Source: Vulcanimicrobiota bacterium
Lineage (GTDB): Bacteria; Vulcanimicrobiota; Vulcanimicrobiia; Vulcanimicrobiales; Vulcanimicrobiaceae
DNA length: 22,174 nucleotides
NCBI GenBank assembly: GCA_003135555.1
Contig: PLCF01000004.1
Location: 13,011-35,184, forward strand
Reading direction: 5' to 3'
Below are positions 8,998 through 15,461 of this stretch, piece after piece; position 1 is the first letter of the stretch, and every line of letters begins with the position of its first letter. The translations under genes and the position numbers were made by a program. The notes below the pieces were generated by a model, which ran no database searches, was not told the DNA's origin, and saw only the letters and a program-made list of their open reading frames with translations.

Positions 8998-10016
8998 CCG
9001 CGGGCCGCGCGCTTGCGGCCGTGCGCGCGCTTGATGGCGGCCAGGATCGCGGTCACGCCCATCCCGTATTCCTCGGTCAGCTCCGGCGGACTGCCCGACT
9101 GTCCGAAGCGGTCGTGGACGCCGATGAACTCCATCGGCACGGGGTCGTGCGCGGCCACGATCTCGGCGACGCGCGACCCCATCCCGCCGTGGACCTGGTG
9201 CTCCTCGACGCTCACGATCGTGCCGCAGTCGCGGGCCGCGGCGAGAATCGCCGCCTCGTCCATCGGCTTGATCGTGTGGTTGTTGACGATGCGGCACTCG
9301 ATGCCGTCTTTGCGCGCCAGCTCGGCGGCGACGAGCGCGTTGTACACGAGGATGCCGCAGGCCACGACCGCGACGTCGTCGCCGTCACGAAACGTCTGCG
9401 CCGTCCCGATCTCGAACGGCGTCTGGTCGGTGGTGACGACGGCCGACTCGGCGCGCGCGAAACGCAGGTACGTCGGCCCGAAGCGGCCGGCGACGGCCAG
9501 CGTGGCCTGCTTGGTCTGCGCCGAATCACACGGCACCACGACCGTCATCTTCGGGATCACGCGCATGATCGCGATGTCCTCGATCGCCTGGTGGGTCGCG
9601 CCGTCGGGTCCGACCGAGACCCCGGCGTGCGCACCGGCGATCTTGACATCAGACTCGTTGAGCGCCATCGTCGTGCGGACTTGCTCCCAGGACCGTCCCG
9701 GGTTGAACATCGCATAGCTGGCGATGAACGGGATCTTACCCGCCGCGGCTAGCCCCGCCGCCATCGCGACGAGCATCTGCTCGGCCACGCCGATCTCGAT
9801 GTAGCGCTGCGGAAACGTCTTCTTGAACGCTTCCATGCGGGTCGACTCCGAAAGGTCGGCGCAGATCGCGATGATGCGCTCGTCGCGCCGCCCGGCCTCG
9901 ACGAGGCCTTCGCCGAAACCGTTGCGCGTCGGGACCTGCTTGATCGCCGCGGGGTCGGTGTAGTCGACCAGGTGCATCGCGGCCCCGGCCGCGCTCGTCA
10001 CCCCGGCGCTAGCCAC
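8994..10016 (-). CDS. Transketolase, C-terminal (pyrimidine-binding + C-terminal domain) subunit
   Basis: TRNGFGEGL, ADLSEST, IGVAEQ, GPDGATHQAIED, GPTYLRFAR, TIKPMD, VEEH, GGMGS, FGQSG. Start is GTG 10016 (overlapping the upstream stop) or ATG 9977. Confidence 0.92.
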   Translation of the reverse strand: MASAGVTSAAGAAMHLVDYTDPAAIKQVPTRNGFGEGLVEAGRRDERIIAICADLSESTRMEAFKKTFPQRYIEIGVAEQMLVAMAAGLAAAGKIPFIASYAMFNPGRSWEQVRTTMALNESDVKIAGAHAGVSVGPDGATHQAIEDIAIMRVIPKMTVVVPCDSAQTKQATLAVAGRFGPTYLRFARAESAVVTTDQTPFEIGTAQTFRDGDDVAVVACGILVYNALVAAELARKDGIECRIVNNHTIKPMDEAAILAAARDCGTIVSVEEHQVHGGMGSRVAEIVAAHDPVPMEFIGVHDRFGQSGSPPELTEEYGMGVTAILAAIKRAHGRKRAARG

Positions 10017-10887
10017 GCTGCGCTCCGATCAGCTCGCGCGCGGCGCCGAGCTCGCGCAACGCCTGGTCGGCTTCGTCTTGCTTGGGCGGCTTGCCGTGCC
10101 AGAGATAGTCGCCCTCCATGAACGACACGCCCTTGCCCATCACGGTGTGGGCGATGATCACTTGGGGCTTGCCTTTGACCTGTTTGGCCTTTTCGACGGT
10201 GGCGACGAATGCACCGATGTCGTGGCCGTCGCATTCGAAGACCTCCCAGTTGAAGGCGCGGTATTTGTCGGTGAGCGGCTCGAGCGGCATCACGTCTTCG
10301 GTGCTGCCGTCGATCTGGATCACGTTGCGATCGACGATGCAGGTCAGGTTGTCGAGCTGGAACTTGGCGGCCGTCATCATGGCTTCCCAGTGGAGCCCGC
10401 ACTGATGCTCGCCGTCGGAGGTTACGACGTAGACGCGCCAGCCGGCGCCGTCCAGCTTGCCTGCCAGCGCCATCCCGGCGCCCTGGGCGAGCCCTTCGCC
10501 CAGCGGGCCGGACGTCGTCTCGAGCCCCGGCAAGCTCACGCGTTCCGGATGGCCCTGCAGCCGCGTGCGAAAGTGGCGCAGCGTCAGCAGCTCCTCGACC
10601 GGGAAGTAGCCCGCGTACGCCATCGCGCTGTAGCGGACCGGCGCGATGTGCCCGCACGACAACAGCAGGCGGTCGCGCTCGGGCCAGTCGGGCCGCTGCG
10701 GATCGTGCCGCAGCACGTGAAAGTAGAGCGCGGCGAAGATGTCGGCCATGTCGAGCGACCCGCCGGAGTGCCCCGAACCGGCCGCCAGGAGCGAACGGAT
10801 GATGCCCTGCCGGACGTCGTTGGCGTGCTCTTCGAGCGCGGTGAGGCGCTCCGGAGCGAGAAGTCCCATACGGGCGCTTATCCCCAT
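10009..10887 (-). CDS. Transketolase, N-terminal (ThDP-binding) subunit
   Basis: SGHSGGSL, RDRLLLSCGH, LQGHP, TSGPLGEG, SDGE...DRN ThDP motif, GHD, GKG, WHGK. Start at ATG 10887 or 10869. Confidence 0.92.
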   Translation of the reverse strand: MGISARMGLLAPERLTALEEHANDVRQGIIRSLLAAGSGHSGGSLDMADIFAALYFHVLRHDPQRPDWPERDRLLLSCGHIAPVRYSAMAYAGYFPVEELLTLRHFRTRLQGHPERVSLPGLETTSGPLGEGLAQGAGMALAGKLDGAGWRVYVVTSDGEHQCGLHWEAMMTAAKFQLDNLTCIVDRNVIQIDGSTEDVMPLEPLTDKYRAFNWEVFECDGHDIGAFVATVEKAKQVKGKPQVIIAHTVMGKGVSFMEGDYLWHGKPPKQDEADQALRELGAARELIGAQRG

Positions 10888-11025
10888 CCCGCCGCCCGAG
10901 TCCCGCCGGGCCGTCCTGCCGGGCCGCACGCCGGCACCGCGGATTCGACAGATGGATAGCCGCGGGGCCGATCGTGCTCCTTATGCCCGAGGAGTCGGCG
11001 CCCCGAAGGCATAGACCTCAGAGCG

Positions 11026-12459
11026 ATGCCTACTGAATTGCGCGACTTTCTCATGCTCCCGTACGGCGAGCTCGAAGACCTCAACCTCGAAGCCAAACAA
11101 CAGCGCAGAGATCGGGTCGCGCCCCACAAGATTCAGGAAAGCCGGCTCAAGTATCTGACCGACGAGCGCCGCATCAAGGCGGTCACGGTGCTGTTCAGCG
11201 ACCTCGAGGGCCGGCTGCACATGCTCGACTACGACAAGAAGTTTCTGCTGAAGTCAGCCGACAATCTCACGTTCGACGGGTCCTCGATCCGCGGCTTCAC
11301 CCCGCAGCGCGAGAGCGATCTCCGGCTCGCGTTGGACTGGGGAGCATTCTACTGGGGGCCGGCGGACATCTTCGGCGCGGGCAAGGCGCTCGTGTTCGGC
11401 GAGGTGCTCGACCGCGACGGGTCGCCGTTCTCCGCCGACGTTCGCGGCGTGCTCAAGCGCCTCTCCGCCGAGCAGTACGAGAAGCACGGCTACACGCTCA
11501 ACGCCGCCAACGAGATCGAAGGGTTCGTGTTCCAAGGCCTCGACGCAGAGCAGCGGTATCACGAGACCGGAGCGTTCGAGTACGTCAACACCGGCGGCTA
11601 CTATCACTCGCTGCCCGGCGACCCGCTGCGCCAGTTCATCGACACGGTCGCCGAAGTGCAGCGCGCGATGGGGTTCGAGAACGAGAAGGACCACCCCGAG
11701 GTAGCGCCTTCGCAGTTCGAGATCAACTACAGCTACGGCGAGGTGACGGCCGCCGCCGACACGATCCAACTCTACAAGCTGATCTGCCGCCAAGTCGCGA
11801 CGAAGCTCGGAATGACGGCGAGCTTCCTGCCCAAGCCCGTCGTCGGCGTCAACGGCAACGGGATGCACACCAACGTCTCGGTCAGCGACAAGAACGGCAA
11901 GAACCTGTTCTGGGAGAAGGGTGCCGCGGAGAACCTCAGCCGGTTTGCGATGGACTTTTCGGACCGTATCCTCACGCACGGCAACGACATCTGCCTGCTG
12001 CTGAACTCGAGCGTCAACGCCTACCGCCGGCTCGATCCGCATTTCGAAGCGCCGAATCAGATCAAGGCCTCGGCGGTCGACCGCGGCTCGATGGTGCGCT
12101 TCCCGATCGGCAACGAGCGCAGCTCACGCGTCGAGGTGCGCTCCGTCGCGCCCGACGCGAACCCCTACATGGTGATGCTCGCGGTGTTCAAGACCGGACT
12201 CGAAGGCAGCATCAGCACGATCGACAACCTGCGTCAAGCCGACCGCTATCTGCCCGACAACATCTACGACGCGCTGGCGAACTTCCGCGGCTCAGAGTGG
12301 ACGACCAAACTCCTGACGGCCGACGTGAAAGAGCGCTACGCCGACCTCAAGCAGGCCAGCGCCGATCGCTGCCCGCGCCAACTGGGGACGTTCGTGAAAG
12401 CGCAAGAAGTCCAGTACCACCACGAAGTGTACAACCAGTACCTCTGGAACCTGTTCTAA
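11026..12459 (+). CDS. glnA: Glutamine synthetase (type I family)
   Basis: FDGSSIRGF, ESD, EIEGF, HPEVAPSQFEI, FLPKP..GVNGNGMH, NAYRRL.P.FEAP, DRGSMVRFP, RVEVRS.APDANPY. The catalytic and metal-binding residues I recall for GSI are present. Confidence 0.9.
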   Translation: MPTELRDFLMLPYGELEDLNLEAKQQRRDRVAPHKIQESRLKYLTDERRIKAVTVLFSDLEGRLHMLDYDKKFLLKSADNLTFDGSSIRGFTPQRESDLRLALDWGAFYWGPADIFGAGKALVFGEVLDRDGSPFSADVRGVLKRLSAEQYEKHGYTLNAANEIEGFVFQGLDAEQRYHETGAFEYVNTGGYYHSLPGDPLRQFIDTVAEVQRAMGFENEKDHPEVAPSQFEINYSYGEVTAAADTIQLYKLICRQVATKLGMTASFLPKPVVGVNGNGMHTNVSVSDKNGKNLFWEKGAAENLSRFAMDFSDRILTHGNDICLLLNSSVNAYRRLDPHFEAPNQIKASAVDRGSMVRFPIGNERSSRVEVRSVAPDANPYMVMLAVFKTGLEGSISTIDNLRQADRYLPDNIYDALANFRGSEWTTKLLTADVKERYADLKQASADRCPRQLGTFVKAQEVQYHHEVYNQYLWNLF

Positions 12460-12501
12460 GCCGCGGAGGACGGCGCGCGCCCGTCAAAGAACGCGGGGCT
12501 G

Positions 12502-13854
12502 GTGGCGCATGACGTTTTCATCTGCCATTCGGCGCAGGACCGAATCGTAGCGAACGCCGCGTGCGCGCAGCTCGAAGCGCACGGTATTCGGTGCTGGATC
12601 GCGCCGCGCGATCCGATTCCCGGGATCCCCTACGGTCGGCAACTTGTTGACGCAATCGCGCACGGACGTGTCGTCGTCCTGATCTTTTCGGCACACGCAA
12701 ACGCCTCCGAGGCGGTCCTGAGCGAGCTCGAGCTCGCATACAAGCGTGGCAAGAACATCATTCCGTTCCGCATCGAGCTCGTGCTGCCCGAAGGTGATCT
12801 CGAATATTACATTCAGCGCGTGCACTGGCTCGACGCGATGAGTCCCCCGATGGAGAAGCGGCTCGACGAGCTCGTCGACCTGGTGCGCCGCGTTCTCGAT
12901 GCGGCTCCGGGCCATGCGCCCGCAGCCGCCGCTCCGGAGGTCGCCGCATCCGAGCGCGCGGTCATCGAAGCCGCACCCGAGCCGGCCCCCGCCGTGACGC
13001 GACCGGCGCACGAGCCGCCGGCCGATCCCAACCGCGGTTTGACCGTCAGCGCGATCGCAGCCATGCCGGTTACCGCGAACGCGACGATGGCGTTTAGTTA
13101 CAGCGTGCCGCGGGGCGGTTCCGCGATGGAACAGGTCGACTTCGTCGATTTGCGCGGGAACGCGCGCCCGGCGGTCGTTCGGAATCGGCAACGTGCCGGC
13201 GATGAAGTCTCGGGCGAGGTCACCGTGCCGGGCGACGCCCAAGCGGGGCAGGCGATGCGGTTGCGCGTGGCCACCTGGGATGCGGCGGGGAACTTGGTCG
13301 CAGGACTGGGGCCGTCATTCGTGGTCGAACGCGCGGCCGCACCCTCACTGCTGGTACCGGGGCGCCCAGCATTCGTCGCGGTGTGCGTCCTCGCCGCCCT
13401 GGTGGTCGCCGGCGGTGCGTTCGCGCTGCTCCATCGCCCGCAGCCGCCGGTCGTCGCGACGCGACGGCTCCCGGTCGGCCCGCCGGCAACGCCACGGTTC
13501 GCCGCGGCCGGGGAGGTGCCCGCGCGCATGGGCAACGCTCCGCCGGAGTGGAATTCGCAGTTCAACGCGGCCGGGCTGTATACGAAGGGCGGTAACTGCA
13601 CGTCGGGGGCGCAATTCATACGAGTCTACAACGACTATTCGGTGCCGGCATACTTCAATCTCGCCATCCAAGAGCACAGCGCAGGCGAACGGGCGAACTA
13701 CCCGGCGGCGGTGCACCTCGGACGCGAGCGCGTCGGGTCCGGCGCGACGGTTACGTATTCCGCACGGGTCCGAACGTGTAAGGGCTACTTTTTCTCGTGG
13801 GTCCAAAACGTGCGTTTCAGCCCGGGCGACACCGGTCCCGTGGCGATTCCCTAG
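12502..13854 (+). CDS. TIR-domain (TIR_2-like) membrane protein: TIR - Pro/Ala linker - beta-rich domain - TM helix - C-terminal beta-rich domain
   Basis: HDVFICHS..D, GIRCWIAPRD, VVLIFSAHANAS..V..ELELA, IIPFRIE and HWLDA are typical bacterial TIR motifs. Single hydrophobic helix AFVAVCVLAALVVAGGAFALL at about 13369-13431. Confidence 0.85.
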   Translation: MAHDVFICHSAQDRIVANAACAQLEAHGIRCWIAPRDPIPGIPYGRQLVDAIAHGRVVVLIFSAHANASEAVLSELELAYKRGKNIIPFRIELVLPEGDLEYYIQRVHWLDAMSPPMEKRLDELVDLVRRVLDAAPGHAPAAAAPEVAASERAVIEAAPEPAPAVTRPAHEPPADPNRGLTVSAIAAMPVTANATMAFSYSVPRGGSAMEQVDFVDLRGNARPAVVRNRQRAGDEVSGEVTVPGDAQAGQAMRLRVATWDAAGNLVAGLGPSFVVERAAAPSLLVPGRPAFVAVCVLAALVVAGGAFALLHRPQPPVVATRRLPVGPPATPRFAAAGEVPARMGNAPPEWNSQFNAAGLYTKGGNCTSGAQFIRVYNDYSVPAYFNLAIQEHSAGERANYPAAVHLGRERVGSGATVTYSARVRTCKGYFFSWVQNVRFSPGDTGPVAIP

Positions 13855-14834
13855 CGTTTCGGCCCGGCGACGATGCAGTCGAGGTCGGGCAGACGTCCGT
13901 GCATAAGGTCGACGACGATGCGTGCCGCGAGCAGGTTCGCTGCCGCCATCGCTTCGTGCGTGTACGCCGCGACGTGCGGCGTGAGCACGACGTTAGGCAG
14001 GCCGATAAGCGCCGAGCCGGCGGGCGGCTCACGCTCGAAGACGTCGATCCCGGCGCCGCCGAGCTGTCCGCTGCGCAGCGCCTCGGCCAAGGCGGCTTCG
14101 TCAACGATCCCGCCGCGAGCGGTGTTGATCAAGATCGCGCCGGCCTTGAGGCGGCGCAACGCCCGGCGGTCGATCAGGCCGCGCGTGGTCTCGTTGAGCG
14201 AGGCGTTGATGGAGACGACGTCGGCCGTCGCCAGCAGCTCGTCGAGCGGCAGATACGTGACGTCGTGCGCTCGCGAGAATGCATCGTCGACAACCGGATC
14301 GGCTGCGACGACGCGCATCGAGAAGCCCAGCGCGCGCCGGGCGACGCCTTTTCCCACTCGGCCCAAGCCGATGATGCCCAGCGTCTTTCCCCGCAGCTCC
14401 GGTCCGATGAACGACTCCCAGCGCCCCTCGGTCACGCTACGATGGGCCTCGAGCGTGCGCCGCGCGACCGCCAGCAACAGCCCGAAGACGTGATCGGCGA
14501 CGGCGTGCTGGTTGGCCCCGGTCGTGATCGTGACCACCACGTCGTGCTCGCGCGCTGCCTGCAGGTCGATGCGCTCGTAACCGACACCGCGGCGTGAGAT
14601 GAGCTTGAGCGCGGGCGCGCGCTCGATCACGTCTCGGGTGAGGTGGGCCGAACCCGCGATGTGCGCGTCGATGCCGTCGAGCAGCGCGACGAGCGCGTCG
14701 CCGCCGAGCTCGTAGTCGAAACGGCTCCCGCTATAGGGCGTCGCGACGACCTCGCATCCGGCGCGCTTCAGCAGTGCGGCTGCCTCGGGCGTGGCTTCGA
14801 AGCCGCGCGCGGTCGTCAGCACCCGCCAGGTCAC
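13851..14834 (-). CDS. D-isomer-specific 2-hydroxyacid dehydrogenase (phosphoglycerate-dehydrogenase-like, no ACT domain)
   Basis: RRGVGYERID, GIIGLGRVG, INTARG, DVFEREP, LTPHVA. GTG start at 14834 lies 10 bp after the stop of the upstream redoxin gene. Confidence 0.9.
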   Translation of the reverse strand: MTWRVLTTARGFEATPEAAALLKRAGCEVVATPYSGSRFDYELGGDALVALLDGIDAHIAGSAHLTRDVIERAPALKLISRRGVGYERIDLQAAREHDVVVTITTGANQHAVADHVFGLLLAVARRTLEAHRSVTEGRWESFIGPELRGKTLGIIGLGRVGKGVARRALGFSMRVVAADPVVDDAFSRAHDVTYLPLDELLATADVVSINASLNETTRGLIDRRALRRLKAGAILINTARGGIVDEAALAEALRSGQLGGAGIDVFEREPPAGSALIGLPNVVLTPHVAAYTHEAMAAANLLAARIVVDLMHGRLPDLDCIVAGPKR

Positions 14835-14844
14835 GGGCGGTCGC

Positions 14845-15378
14845 TTACCGGAGGACCGCTTGGGCCTGCGCCAGCAGCTCGCGCATCGGCGGCAAGTCGC
14901 CGGGATGCACGCCGCGGTGCACCCAGCGTACGATCCCACCGGCGTCGAGCACTGCGGCGCCCGGATTCTGCGCCGCGTCCCAGATAAGCGTCGCACCCCA
15001 GTCCTGGCGGAAGCCCGCGGCCTGGTTTTCGTTGCGCCGCTCGAGCAGCGCGGGCGTCGACATCAGCTTGGTGAGATCGAAATCGCTCAAGCCCATCGCT
15101 TTATAGGTGTGTTTGTCGGCGTCACCGATGCAGATTGCGGCGGCGTTGTGGCGCGCGCAGAAATCGTCGGCTTTGGCTTGCGAGCCGATCGTGACGAACC
15201 GAACGCTGATGCCCGCGCGCGCGAAGTCCTCGTCGAGCTCGCGCAACTGCGCGAGCGGCTCACCGAAGAAGCGTCAACCGACGTGGCGCAGCCACACCAC
15301 GAGCGCCGGCAGGGGGATCCGCAGCTCCAAGACGGCGCGCGGCGCCGGGTCGCCGGGGTGCAGGGAAGGGGTCGTCAT
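14845..15378 (-). CDS. Peroxiredoxin-like (AhpC/TSA, PRXL2/SelU-like) protein with in-frame TGA at codon 35; probable selenoprotein, 177 aa
   Basis: ATG 15378 with upstream GGAAGAG reads MTTPSLHPGDPAP...ALVVWLRHVG-TGA-RFFGEPLAQLRELDE... and continues in frame into the ORF-track 133-aa ORF (IGDADKHTYKAMGL, QNPGAAVLDAGGIVRWVHRG..PGDLP). The TGA at 15276-15274 occupies the first Cys position of the family motif LRHxGCxxC. Confidence 0.8.
15227..15269 (-). promoter_or_regulatory. Candidate bacterial SECIS element immediately 3' of the in-frame UGA
   Basis: Minus-strand GCUCGCGC-AGUU-GCGCGAGC is a perfect 8-bp stem (15256-15237). The apical loop begins 25 nt after the UGA and has G in its second position. 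A lower stem is possible from GAG/CUC and UCUUCG/CGAGGA. Confidence 0.7.
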
Positions 15379-15461
15379 CGAAGCTGCTCTTCCGGCGGCG
15401 GCGGCCGGTCCCTGGTCGCCGGCGTTACCCGCGCGTTACCGCGGGCCGCTAGCCTCAATCG

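Noticed and set aside
10890..11025. Glutamine riboswitch or sigma54 promoter upstream of glnA
   Set aside because: I could not find the glnA-motif conserved core or a correctly spaced GG-N10-GC element with consensus flanks.
12250..12280. NIYD as a GlnE adenylylation site in GlnA
   Set aside because: LPDNIYDAL appears to align with the downstream LPxxLxxAL helix rather than the adenylylation loop; unsupported without an alignment.
14845..15378. Calling the redoxin gene a pseudogene
   Set aside because: The single stop falls exactly at the expected catalytic Cys position and is followed by a SECIS-like hairpin, and there are no frameshifts. Sec recoding is the better explanation, though not proven.
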